Below are positions 21,609 to 30,783 of a DNA stretch of 64,000 bases, one piece after another (position 1 is the first letter of the stretch; each line of letters opens with the position of its first letter). The translations under genes and the position numbers were made by a program. The notes beneath the pieces were generated by a model. The model was not told the DNA's origin. It searched no databases and was given only the letters and a program-made list of their open reading frames with translations. The stretch spans positions 13,832 to 77,831 of the IMG/VR virus record IMGVR_UViG_3300026484_000545. One strand, written 5' to 3'. Source of the stretch: a virus (taxonomy: Duplodnaviria > Caudoviricetes).

Positions 21609-22250
21609 TTATAGATATTTGTCAACGTTAAATAGTATATCGTATTGATAAACTTTTAGATTCAAAATGTATTTCTTGACGTACTTGATAAAATTGAATT
21701 GATTTAGTTTAAAGTCGAGAATTGTTTTCCAGATTTCAGTCCGAGACATAGTGATAAAGTCTTTTGCAGGAATTGGAATGCAAAGAAAGTTGTAACGTTT
21801 AAAATTTCCTAATCCAGGGAATCGCCGAAATGGATTTGGATTAATGGATCCCTTAAAATCAACTGGGCTATTTTTGAAAATGTCTTTTATAACCTCTCTT
21901 ACGCGAGCAAAATCCTCACGTTTAGTTCCAAATGGAAAAAGACAGTGACTTATTATATGGACTCCTCGTTCTGAAGTTATCTCAACGTGAAAATACTTTA
22001 ACTTTGGGTAATCAATTTTACTGAGAAATTTTTGCGCATCGTCCCAAGAGCTATCAATATCAAAAGTATGCTGATAATAGTAAACAGAGTTATTATCCCA
22101 AAATACAGGCGATAGGAAAAATTCTAGTTTACGATGAATAAAGTCATCACGATGTTTTAATAATTTTTGTAAAAGCTCTTTGAACTGGATTCTAATAGGA
22201 GCCATATATAAAGTATACTTATACGTAGTATACAAATGATCGGCTTTCAT
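21609..22250 (-). CDS. Archaeo-eukaryotic primase/polymerase (AEP) catalytic domain
   Basis: FDIDS (DxD), SERGVH (SxxGxH), VD...RRFPG. Confidence 0.7.
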   Translation of the reverse strand: MKADHLYTTYKYTLYMAPIRIQFKELLQKLLKHRDDFIHRKLEFFLSPVFWDNNSVYYYQHTFDIDSSWDDAQKFLSKIDYPKLKYFHVEITSERGVHIISHCLFPFGTKREDFARVREVIKDIFKNSPVDFKGSINPNPFRRFPGLGNFKRYNFLCIPIPAKDFITMSRTEIWKTILDFKLNQFNFIKYVKKYILNLKVYQYDILFNVDKYL

Positions 22251-22726
22251 TGCAATACCTCATCAACTAGATCTTTATATGAACGTACCATTAACCAAGC
22301 GTTTTTAGGAAATCTAGAACTCGGCAACTTGAGTAAAGTAAATTTAAGTTTACCATAGTGTTTTAAGTCAACGTAAACAGTTATTTTCCCAGATAAATAC
22401 TGCTGGTAGAATTCGCCTCGATCTTGTTTCTTCTTATCATCAAGAGTATATATACTTTTAATCCAAATTAAGTTTAAACCAGCACCATATCCATCTTCAA
22501 TTTCGCCTTCAAAGTATTGATATTTCCAAGAATGAATTTCGGTTTCAAATGCAAGAATTTTGCATGGCTCCTTTAGAAATTCAACCCACTTTCGAGTTGC
22601 CCACGAGAAAAATACACATTGTTTATATTCTGGATGATATGCTCCAAATCTGATGTCGTAATGTAATCCTGCTCGTTTTGCATGATGCTCATTTACTAGA
22701 AAGATTCTCTTGCAGGCCATATACAA
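22247..22726 (-). CDS. Stand-alone LigD-type 3'-phosphoesterase (PE) domain
   Basis: EHHAKRAGLHYDIRF, SWA, LAFETEIH, FEGEI..GYGAG...IW match the LigD PE signature. Confidence 0.88.
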   Translation of the reverse strand: MYMACKRIFLVNEHHAKRAGLHYDIRFGAYHPEYKQCVFFSWATRKWVEFLKEPCKILAFETEIHSWKYQYFEGEIEDGYGAGLNLIWIKSIYTLDDKKKQDRGEFYQQYLSGKITVYVDLKHYGKLKFTLLKLPSSRFPKNAWLMVRSYKDLVDEVLQ

Positions 22727-23216
22727 TATCCGTAAGGAGATTTAGATAGTGAGTTTTCGTGGTAATATAATATTGACTACCAACTATTAAATAAACAAAC
22801 TCATTTTCAATAAATCCGCAACCTTCTAATCCATTTTCTGTTTCTACAAGAAGCAAATTCACATAAATACTTGATTCCTTTAGATACTTTAAAGCTTGTT
22901 TGTATGATTTTACTCGTTTTAACTTGCGTTTTACTTGTACATACACAGGGATTTTATCTTTGAAAGCATGCTTTAATAACTCTTTGACTTTTGGTTCAGT
23001 TTTTATATGCCAAAGTGAAGAAAGTTTTGTATGTCCACCTCGAGGACCTGACTTAGAGAAAATTCCAAATGTTAAAACATGCTTAAATCCAAATTTGTCA
23101 AAAATGATTTTACGTCGGTATTTGCATACTCGCCAATCACGATACTTTTCAACAACGTAATTTCGTGTAATCACTATTTTTTCAGGTTTTCCGTATTTCC
23201 AATAAGTTTTGCTCAT
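22689..23216 (-). CDS. Basic hypothetical protein
   Basis: K/R-rich with GPRGG motif; overlaps both neighbours. Confidence 0.65.
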   Translation of the reverse strand: MSKTYWKYGKPEKIVITRNYVVEKYRDWRVCKYRRKIIFDKFGFKHVLTFGIFSKSGPRGGHTKLSSLWHIKTEPKVKELLKHAFKDKIPVYVQVKRKLKRVKSYKQALKYLKESSIYVNLLLVETENGLEGCGFIENEFVYLIVGSQYYITTKTHYLNLLTDIVYGLQENLSSK

Positions 23217-23836
23217 AACTGTTTACACATCCAAGATAATTTGCTTTCATCAAACGGTTTAGAGTAACGGAAATACTTAAACTTTAATTCATAAACTGTT
23301 TGTAAAAATTCCTGAGGAGTTGCGAAATTTCGATTTATATACTCGCGTAAAAAAGCTAAAGATTCAACTTGTTCTGAAAAATCTCCAAGAAATTTTGTTG
23401 CAAGAATTCTTGCTTTAATTGATTCGAGTACACTTAGCGGTAAAGATACTGTTCCAGATTTAACAACATCGATTGCACTTGTAATTAAATACTCAGTTTC
23501 AACTAGATGTTTGATACGTACAATTATTCTACCAATAAAGTTTTTAGTCGTTGGTAGTTGATTGTATCTCATAAAAAATGTATTCAAATCATCAGCCACT
23601 GGATTATCTAATGTTATTTGCAGTAATCTGATTTGCATATTGCTCATTAAAATTTCGCTGATTAATGAAGCAATTGGAGATAAGGTACTTGCTTTAAAAT
23701 CAGGATTTAATAAAAAGGTATTTGAAGCGGAAACTCCGAAAAAGGATTGCCTGTCCTCAAAATAAAACAAACCATGTTTATAAAGACTGTCGTTTTGAGT
23801 TACAATTTGTGCAATGAATACTGGCATAAGATTCAA
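23213..23836 (-). CDS. Hypothetical protein
   Basis: ORF with GGAGG RBS. Confidence 0.7.
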   Translation of the reverse strand: MNLMPVFIAQIVTQNDSLYKHGLFYFEDRQSFFGVSASNTFLLNPDFKASTLSPIASLISEILMSNMQIRLLQITLDNPVADDLNTFFMRYNQLPTTKNFIGRIIVRIKHLVETEYLITSAIDVVKSGTVSLPLSVLESIKARILATKFLGDFSEQVESLAFLREYINRNFATPQEFLQTVYELKFKYFRYSKPFDESKLSWMCKQL

Positions 23837-23883
23837 TTTTAATACCCTCCTTTTTAGATGTATTCTTTTCTTTTTACCTTAGC

Positions 23884-23923
23884 AAAAAAAAAATTGAGAG
23901 GAGGGAGTCGCCTCCCTCCTCTC
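23884..23923 (-). terminator. Intrinsic terminator
   Basis: GAGAGGAGGGAG/CTCCCTCCTCTC stem then T tract on the minus strand. Confidence 0.85.
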
Positions 23924-23929
23924 CATATG

Positions 23930-24562
23930 TTATTTCTCATCTTTTGACGCTATCGCATTCCAGTCAACTAAATGTAATTTTTGATGTCTGAATTTATAAG
24001 CTTTTTGTTTTGCTAAATCAATTATTATAGGTCTTTGTTTTGCATGAAATGTATCAATTACAATAAAACGTTTTCCAAACACTACAAATTGATGTCCGAG
24101 TGGTAATGTTTCAATCTTTTGAACTTCATCTTTCAATAAATATTTGCATACCGACGGAGTTAAAATCGGAAGAGTTAATTGCGCATTCAAATCTTCTCGG
24201 GAAATTAAAAGTGCATCTTCTTGTTCGGTAACTTGAAAACCTAGTGCCTTCAAATCTTGAGCAATAAGCGATTTTAAGGAATTGAAAAACGTTTTTAAAG
24301 AGGTTTTAGAGTTTGTTTTGTTAGCTTTCTTTGTTTCAGTGGTTACCTTTTTTGAAGTCTTTTGTTCAGTAATTGTTTTCTTGCATGAAGCTTTTTTGGG
24401 TTTAGGTTCAGATTCAGCTTGTTTGGTTTCGGGTTGAACTGGAATTGCAACACTTGGATTAACTGAATTTGCAGGAATTGATGGGTTTACATTTTTAGAT
24501 TCTTCTTCTACTTCTTTTTCTGCATTTAAAATTGCGTCTAATTCTGGAATTTGTAATTCCAT
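23930..24562 (-). CDS. Hypothetical protein with low-complexity K/T/S linker
   Basis: RBS AGGAGGTG before MELQIP. Confidence 0.7.
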   Translation of the reverse strand: MELQIPELDAILNAEKEVEEESKNVNPSIPANSVNPSVAIPVQPETKQAESEPKPKKASCKKTITEQKTSKKVTTETKKANKTNSKTSLKTFFNSLKSLIAQDLKALGFQVTEQEDALLISREDLNAQLTLPILTPSVCKYLLKDEVQKIETLPLGHQFVVFGKRFIVIDTFHAKQRPIIIDLAKQKAYKFRHQKLHLVDWNAIASKDEK

Positions 24563-24594
24563 GATTAGCACCTCCTTTTAGTTTTATTTTTGAA

Positions 24595-24626
24595 GAATTA
24601 TTTATACTGGTTTTACGAAATAAAAA
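24595..24626 (-). promoter_or_regulatory. Candidate phage promoter (TTTTTATTT-N11-TATAAATAATTC)
   Basis: Near-identical to 30710-30741. Confidence 0.65.
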
Positions 24627-24642
24627 ATATGGAGTACTGACT

Positions 24643-25449
24643 ATGATATATTACGTAGGGTTTGAGTACAACGACAAAATTATCCCAGTAACTGAAGATT
24701 TATGGGCTTGGGATTTATTCGTTTTAAACCAAAGAATTATAAACAAATTGTTTCCAAATGCTACGCCTGCCTATTTAAAAGAAGTGTACGAAAATATGCT
24801 TTTATCAAACCTTAAACTCTATCCTGTATACTATTTGGATCAAGATGTACTACAACTACCAGATGATATTTTACTTGAGTATCTAAAGGAACTAAAATAC
24901 GCAACTTGCTCATATAAATCAATTCTAAATTCAGATTTTACCCCAGATGTAATTTGTCAACCTTTAGATGCATGTTTGGAATATGGTTTCAAAAAATTCT
25001 TAACCGGAAAAGTTCAAATTAAAAATGATTACAAATTTCGTAAGGTTAATATAACTGAAGAAAAGAAAATTTTAGTTGTAACATGTCATCTAAAACTATA
25101 TAAATCATCATCGTTTACATTACCATTAGCAATCGATAAGGATAAAACTCTCTATGAAATTATTATGCAATACTATGGAATTTTTGGAGATTTCAAAAAC
25201 GTTAAATTAGGATATCAATTAACGCTTGGATTATATAATCCTGTAAAACATGAGTATACTGCATTAGGTGAATATAAGCTAAAAGAAATTCCTATTAATC
25301 TAGAATCAAAATCAAAGTTAAAATTGCTAATGAATCCAATTCCTGTGATATATGCAAATGTATTTGAAATTGGTGCCGATAAATGGAATTTTACCATTAC
25401 GAAAAAACTTACAACTCAAGCCAAACATGTAAAATGGTTAATTGATTAA
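24643..25449 (+). CDS. Hypothetical protein
   Basis: 268-aa ORF with GGAG RBS. Confidence 0.75.
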   Translation: MIYYVGFEYNDKIIPVTEDLWAWDLFVLNQRIINKLFPNATPAYLKEVYENMLLSNLKLYPVYYLDQDVLQLPDDILLEYLKELKYATCSYKSILNSDFTPDVICQPLDACLEYGFKKFLTGKVQIKNDYKFRKVNITEEKKILVVTCHLKLYKSSSFTLPLAIDKDKTLYEIIMQYYGIFGDFKNVKLGYQLTLGLYNPVKHEYTALGEYKLKEIPINLESKSKLKLLMNPIPVIYANVFEIGADKWNFTITKKLTTQAKHVKWLID

Positions 25450-25473
25450 ATTAGCATAAAGGAGGAATGAAAT

Positions 25474-25671
25474 ATGCTTCCAATGCAAACTAGAAAAGCT
25501 AGACGTATGAGAAGAGCAGCATTAATCGCATATGCTTTAGCAAAGAAAAATGGAGATAGATTGTATTACGAGGTTATTAAATTAAGAAGAGCATATTTGG
25601 CAAAAAAAGCAAAACTTCTTCAAAAATACTTACCAAAAGCATTAGCTATTTTAAATAGACGTGGAGTTTAA
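25474..25671 (+). CDS. Small, very basic protein (possible virion or DNA-binding protein)
   Basis: R/K/A-rich; AAGGAGG RBS. Confidence 0.65.
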   Translation: MLPMQTRKARRMRRAALIAYALAKKNGDRLYYEVIKLRRAYLAKKAKLLQKYLPKALAILNRRGV

Positions 25672-25696
25672 CTTTAATACATCTAGGTAAAAATCA

Positions 25697-26206
25697 ATGC
25701 GTAGTGTAGGACGATTTAAAGCACTGGATCCTATTGAACTCGATGATGTTGTTACTCTAGGATATATTTTAAACACTGTAAATTTTGATACATGTGAGCA
25801 AATAAGAGAAAATATATATATTGCTGCACGTACTTTTTCTTTAGAGTACATTTTATATGAATGTCTTGATGATTTAAAAAATGCTGATCTAATTGCAAAT
25901 GGAGATTACATTTCGCAAAAAATAATATTTCAAAATGTATCTGCAGAAAAACCTGGAATCTATGTATCAACAACGTGGGAATTAGATACTAAAGCTACTC
26001 GCTATTATATCGTTGTATATTCTATTGGTTCTACACCAATAATTGAACTTTCCTTTGACGATGGTGAAACTTGGAAATTGATACCTGAAGAAGGGAAAGT
26101 TTACGAATCATCAAATCCATTTCAAAGCGTTAAATTTAGGTTTACTTTTCCAGAAAAAGCAACTTTATTCGGATTTGCGTTTGCACATGACGTTTACTAT
26201 GACTAA
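25697..26206 (+). CDS. Hypothetical beta-rich protein (probably virion)
   Basis: Contains Asp-box-like SFDDGETW. Confidence 0.6.
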   Translation: MRSVGRFKALDPIELDDVVTLGYILNTVNFDTCEQIRENIYIAARTFSLEYILYECLDDLKNADLIANGDYISQKIIFQNVSAEKPGIYVSTTWELDTKATRYYIVVYSIGSTPIIELSFDDGETWKLIPEEGKVYESSNPFQSVKFRFTFPEKATLFGFAFAHDVYYD

Positions 26207-26215
26207 TATTTTTAC

Positions 26216-26677
26216 TTGGAGCTATTGATGAATGCAGTAGATTTCATTATTGCTGATTTACAAAAACATGTGGATAAAGTTTTAGAAACATATCCTCAAT
26301 TAAAAATCAGATTCAGAAAAACAACTACGCCATTATCTATATTATCAATTCTCGCAAAAACAAAATCAGTAAGTTCCATATTAAAAAGTCCCGACTATTT
26401 AAGCGAAACAGATCCTTACAAAAAATATTTAATTCTGATTGCAAAACTATTTAGCTTTTTAAGTATGCAATTGAAAATTGATTTTCGCAAAATAATAAAC
26501 ACAAATTTCGTACTTGTAACAAAAAAAGTTTGCGAAGCTAATAACCTTACCTATGGAATTGTATATCTGGCAATTTTGTATTTATTAATGTATTTGGTGC
26601 GTGAATATGGACCAAGTACTTTACTTGACTTAACATCAACTTTACGTCGTGTTAAACGCGCAGTATATGTTAAATAA
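26216..26677 (+). CDS. Hypothetical protein with hydrophobic C-terminal helix
   Basis: ORF in plus-strand cluster; start may be 26228. Confidence 0.65.
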   Translation: MELLMNAVDFIIADLQKHVDKVLETYPQLKIRFRKTTTPLSILSILAKTKSVSSILKSPDYLSETDPYKKYLILIAKLFSFLSMQLKIDFRKIINTNFVLVTKKVCEANNLTYGIVYLAILYLLMYLVREYGPSTLLDLTSTLRRVKRAVYVK

Positions 26678-26705
26678 GGAGGAGCGGAAATTTCCGCTCC
26701 TCCTT
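26676..26705. terminator. Probable bidirectional terminator between convergent genes
   Basis: AAGGAGGAGCGGAAA/TTTCCGCTCCTCCTT perfect inverted repeat. Confidence 0.8.
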
Positions 26706-26716
26706 TAATTGACTCG

Positions 26717-29200
26717 CTAAATTACTTGTGTTAAATGTTGTAAAAATTTATCTAGATTACCCGTAACAAGTTTAATCTCAGTTTGACCGGTTAAGGTAAT
26801 AGCTCCTCCTAGTTCAGCACAGTAAAATCTGAAGTAGTTATTACCATGCGCTCCAAATACTGCATTAGCTGCAATTTTTGGTACTTTTTGCATTTTATTG
26901 TAATATGCAATTTCATACTTGTTTTGCGAAGCGATTGCCTTTAAATATAATGACTTGTAATGTTTACGAATACTGAGTAAGTAATCAAGTAATGCCCTAA
27001 AAATCCCAACTTCATCTTTTGGATTCTTTAAAATTGCTCCAGTTGGAGTAACGATAAATTTTCTACGTAAAATTAATGATTCTAGCTGCTTTAGAGGTAA
27101 CTTACACTTATACCCAAATTGTTGACCAAAATAGGTTAATGGTTTTACAGTAACCTCAAGTTCATTTGGAAGTTGTATAGTATCTTCATATCCTCCAATT
27201 TTTGCACGCATATAATGATAAAATGCTTCTTTTAACTCATCGGATCCTTCAACTTGTAAAACATAGGTGTTTGGAGAAATATTTAAAGCTTGAATTATAC
27301 TAGGATACATAGAAGAAGCATCTAAATCAATTACCCAGTAAAACAAACCAACTTGAGGATCTCTGTTAAAACCTCCAGGAAATTTTGTACTTGATGTGGT
27401 TAACCTTGCTCTTAAACACTTATTCTCTTTAGCTAGTTGACTTAACATTAATGCATCCGTTTGAGCTAACGCTGAAGATGAGTTTTCCCAAGAAACTGAT
27501 ACGAAATTCTTTAACAATGTACTACTTGTATACAGAGATAATGCTGAATCTAATGCTTTAATTAAAGCTGTATCGATTATGTTATAAAATAGGAATTTGG
27601 TTGGATCGTTCTCATACAACTCACTCAAGGTACCTTCGTATTTAACTTTTTGAACTCCAAGTTCAATTTGTGCAATATAGTCTAGTTTATAAGAAGGCAT
27701 TTCCTTCATTTTTGATGCTTTATAAGTTTCAAGCATATCTGAGATAATTATACCTGGGGCTTTGTAAAGATTAGTTTTTGCACTTCTATATCCAAATATA
27801 TCTAGCTTTGATAAAGTGCAATTTGCTTTTAACCGAAAAGCTCTCTCGGAAATATAGTTTGCATCAAACCATGCGTTCCATGAAGTTAAAATATCAACGT
27901 CTTTAACCAATTGCTGCAAATACTCAAGAAGTTCAATTTCCGATGATACCTCTTTAATATCAAATTTTAACGGTACGTTGAATTTCTCGAGAATCTCTTG
28001 GTAATCGCGCTTAAATTCTTCAAGCTTACTTTTGTCAACTTTCTTATTTAGAATACATGCATATATTGTATCTGTTTTATTTGTAGTAAATGCAAATGCA
28101 ATAATTGGAAATTGAGGATCTTTAAAATCTGGTACAATACCTGGAGTTAAAACCTCAATATCTAAATAACCAATAGTTAAATCGTCGCATAATGCATCTT
28201 CTTGTAAAAGTCTTGTTTTAACCGTAAGATAGTCAGTTATGTGTAAATCGGCATTAAAGAGATGAGGTTGATTTGAAGCTTGTTTGGCATGAATCAAAGT
28301 ATAGTCAAGTGCTGTAGTGGTTTCTGTAATCATATAAGATTCATTTGTATTTTCAATAGGTTCAATTCCAATATTCTTTTTAGGATTTGGAATTTTTTCA
28401 CATCGGAAAAATTCAACTGGTAATTGCGATACGTCACAAATAATTGTATCATTAGTATCGGGATTTTTAAAAATCCCAATTAAAAGCGGATGTTTAAATC
28501 GATACTGGTTGTAAAAGTACTGAAAATCAACAACTTTATAACCTAACTCCAAATACTTTTTAACATCGTCCCAATTTGTAAGCTTTGGTAATTTTGCAAT
28601 ACAGTTTAAGATAGGTTGACATTCATGGTAATAATCACGAATATATTGTAAATCCTTAACAAATGAATCCAAGAGTTTACTGTTACGTAAACATGCACTC
28701 GGATGATATGTTACAAATAAAGCAGATGACTTATATAATCTCGGAATTTTTCGTAAGGCTTTAACAGGTAATTCTTTGGCTTCAGGTAAAAATGTAGATG
28801 CAGCAACTGATCCTAATGCAACTATGATTTTTGGTTTAAAAAAGTCAATTTGTGCATCTAAAATAGGTTTGCAACATTGTAGTGCTTCATCTGTAGGATC
28901 GCCGTTGTTTTCAATAAAACACATACATGCATTAGTATAAACAATGCTAAATCCATCAAAAATTTCATTGACATATTTCCTTAATAATTTTCCAGCTCTA
29001 CCTGCAAAAGGTTTATCATTTTTCAACTCGTCCTTATAGGGATTCATTCCAACAAACATAATATCTACTGTATCTTTTACATTTTGCATATCAAAAGATA
29101 TTGCAGGATTGGAGTAAAGCGGACACTTTTTGCAAGTCTTAAATTGCTTGTTTTTAAGATATTCTGTAAACATTGTGTAAAATTTTTGAATTCGATTCAT
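26717..29200 (-). CDS. polB: Family B DNA polymerase N-terminal subunit: UDG-like Fe-S domain + 3'-5' exonuclease + motifs A and B
   Basis: UDG: CKKCPL, VGMNP, PFAGRAGKLL, TYHPS; exo: LDIEV, WNAWFD, YNIID; pol: DASSMYPSII, KIAANAVFG; no motif C; start moved to MNRIQK. Confidence 0.93.
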   Translation of the reverse strand: MNRIQKFYTMFTEYLKNKQFKTCKKCPLYSNPAISFDMQNVKDTVDIMFVGMNPYKDELKNDKPFAGRAGKLLRKYVNEIFDGFSIVYTNACMCFIENNGDPTDEALQCCKPILDAQIDFFKPKIIVALGSVAASTFLPEAKELPVKALRKIPRLYKSSALFVTYHPSACLRNSKLLDSFVKDLQYIRDYYHECQPILNCIAKLPKLTNWDDVKKYLELGYKVVDFQYFYNQYRFKHPLLIGIFKNPDTNDTIICDVSQLPVEFFRCEKIPNPKKNIGIEPIENTNESYMITETTTALDYTLIHAKQASNQPHLFNADLHITDYLTVKTRLLQEDALCDDLTIGYLDIEVLTPGIVPDFKDPQFPIIAFAFTTNKTDTIYACILNKKVDKSKLEEFKRDYQEILEKFNVPLKFDIKEVSSEIELLEYLQQLVKDVDILTSWNAWFDANYISERAFRLKANCTLSKLDIFGYRSAKTNLYKAPGIIISDMLETYKASKMKEMPSYKLDYIAQIELGVQKVKYEGTLSELYENDPTKFLFYNIIDTALIKALDSALSLYTSSTLLKNFVSVSWENSSSALAQTDALMLSQLAKENKCLRARLTTSSTKFPGGFNRDPQVGLFYWVIDLDASSMYPSIIQALNISPNTYVLQVEGSDELKEAFYHYMRAKIGGYEDTIQLPNELEVTVKPLTYFGQQFGYKCKLPLKQLESLILRRKFIVTPTGAILKNPKDEVGIFRALLDYLLSIRKHYKSLYLKAIASQNKYEIAYYNKMQKVPKIAANAVFGAHGNNYFRFYCAELGGAITLTGQTEIKLVTGNLDKFLQHLTQVI

Positions 29201-29256
29201 TTTCCTACCTCCTTTATTTTCCTTTAATCCATGTAAAAAAATAAAGCGAGTAAAAT

Positions 29257-29290
29257 GGGAGGCAGGGGAAATAATTTTCCCCTGCCTCCC
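29257..29290 (-). terminator. Intrinsic terminator
   Basis: GGGAGGCAGGGGAAA/TTTCCCCTGCCTCCC stem after the 29296 gene. Confidence 0.8.
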
Positions 29291-29295
29291 CATAT

Positions 29296-30390
29296 TTATG
29301 CATTTTGCTTTTTCCTTAAATATTTAACTACAAGTCCAATTAACGAACCAAATGCTCCAAATAACATGATTACTGCAGCTAAACCGAATACCAAAAATAC
29401 AAGGCCTTTAATTCCTCGAGCGTAACATGCTTTAAAATAAAGTTTAAACATTGTAACTGGTTTTAGTAGATGCTTAGATGTTAAATTTGCAATTTTTCTA
29501 CCGATGGCCCAAACGGCTAGATATAACGCAAGTGCAAAGGCAAAAAGCATTGCAAAACCTTTAACTCCATATTCTCCTTTAATTGCTTTATAATATTTGG
29601 CAAATAATTGTTTAACTTTTCCAAAAATAGATGCATGTTTAATATTGTGATAGGCTGTTTTTAACTCTGCAAATGCTACTTTGAATTTTTTGTATGCTGC
29701 TTCTGCCTCTTTTTTGGAGCAGTCGAATTTTTCTTTGAATTTTTCATCATCATATTGAAAAGCCGCTTGTATTAGCTGATCAATTTTTTCCAAACTGCGA
29801 ATAGTACATTCAAGATGAAGTGCAACAATTGTGCGCTCAAGTTTTTCCAGTTCCTTGAAAATTTTTAATGCTCTAGATGCAGCATCTTCTGATACTTTAT
29901 ACTCACTTAATTTTGATTCTAGATCCTCAGAACTTGCACTAATGTCGGAAAAAGACTTTGTAGGTAAAAGCTCTTCTGCTTCTTTCTTTAGCTGTTTAAT
30001 TTTTTCGTCCAGTTCTTTTACACGAGCTTCATATTCATCTGCAAGATTATTAATCCACTCTTTAAACTCCTCAATTAAACGAGATCTCTTATCAGCATCA
30101 TCATAAATTTTATTTACTAACCATTCATAGAAAATTGTGTAATTTCGAATTTCAGAAAATGCTTCGGTATTTCCAGTATGTGAAATGTAAAATTTGTAAG
30201 CAATCGATCCAGATTTTGTATCAAACTCTGGAATTAAACCTTTAATTGCAGTACGTGTTAAATCATCAACTGCATTTGCAAGCTGTTCTATAAATCCGCA
30301 TAGAGACTTAAATGGATCTTGATTTTCGTCTTCGGAAGCCTCAGTTAAAATGTCAAGCATTAGAATTTCAGCTTCAGTAAGGAGATTCAT
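29296..30390 (-). CDS. Putative internal virion/ejection protein, paralog of 30784-31914
   Basis: N-terminus MNLLTEAEILMLDILTEA, coiled coil, two C-terminal TM helices. Confidence 0.55.
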   Translation of the reverse strand: MNLLTEAEILMLDILTEASEDENQDPFKSLCGFIEQLANAVDDLTRTAIKGLIPEFDTKSGSIAYKFYISHTGNTEAFSEIRNYTIFYEWLVNKIYDDADKRSRLIEEFKEWINNLADEYEARVKELDEKIKQLKKEAEELLPTKSFSDISASSEDLESKLSEYKVSEDAASRALKIFKELEKLERTIVALHLECTIRSLEKIDQLIQAAFQYDDEKFKEKFDCSKKEAEAAYKKFKVAFAELKTAYHNIKHASIFGKVKQLFAKYYKAIKGEYGVKGFAMLFAFALALYLAVWAIGRKIANLTSKHLLKPVTMFKLYFKACYARGIKGLVFLVFGLAAVIMLFGAFGSLIGLVVKYLRKKQNA

Positions 30391-30671
30391 TATTCCTCCT
30401 CATTTTTATTTTTATTTTCTTTGTCAGCAACAATAATTCTTACATTTCGTTCTTTATAAGGATATCCTACATCCTCGCATAAATCTTTAGTCGTCTCATA
30501 TCCAAACCTACATATTAACAATTTAAAACCCGGATCTCTAATTTCATATGCAGGATTTCCTTGAAAAATTTGCTCCAGCATTTCGTAAAACGCTTCACGT
30601 ACGGGTTTATCTACATCAAGATACGCTACACGTCTTCCTTCTGAAGTATAGACAGGAAATTCCAACTTCAT
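30390..30671 (-). CDS. Small hypothetical protein
   Basis: AGGAGGTG RBS. Confidence 0.7.
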   Translation of the reverse strand: MKLEFPVYTSEGRRVAYLDVDKPVREAFYEMLEQIFQGNPAYEIRDPGFKLLICRFGYETTKDLCEDVGYPYKERNVRIIVADKENKNKNEEE

Positions 30672-30709
30672 GAGACACCTCCTTTTTTTGTTTTTTAGGA
30701 AATTTTTGA

Positions 30710-30741
30710 GAATTATTTATACAGATTTTAACAAATAAAAA
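30710..30741 (-). promoter_or_regulatory. Candidate phage promoter (TTTTTATTT-N11-TATAAATAATTC)
   Basis: Near-identical to 24595-24626; lies just after a terminator. Confidence 0.65.
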
Positions 30742-30746
30742 ATAGA

Positions 30747-30769
30747 CTCTCCAGCATACTGCTGGAGAG
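30747..30769 (-). terminator. Intrinsic terminator
   Basis: CTCTCCAGCA/TGCTGGAGAG stem followed by T-rich run on the minus strand. Confidence 0.75.
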
Positions 30770-30783
30770 CCTTGTATACAACA

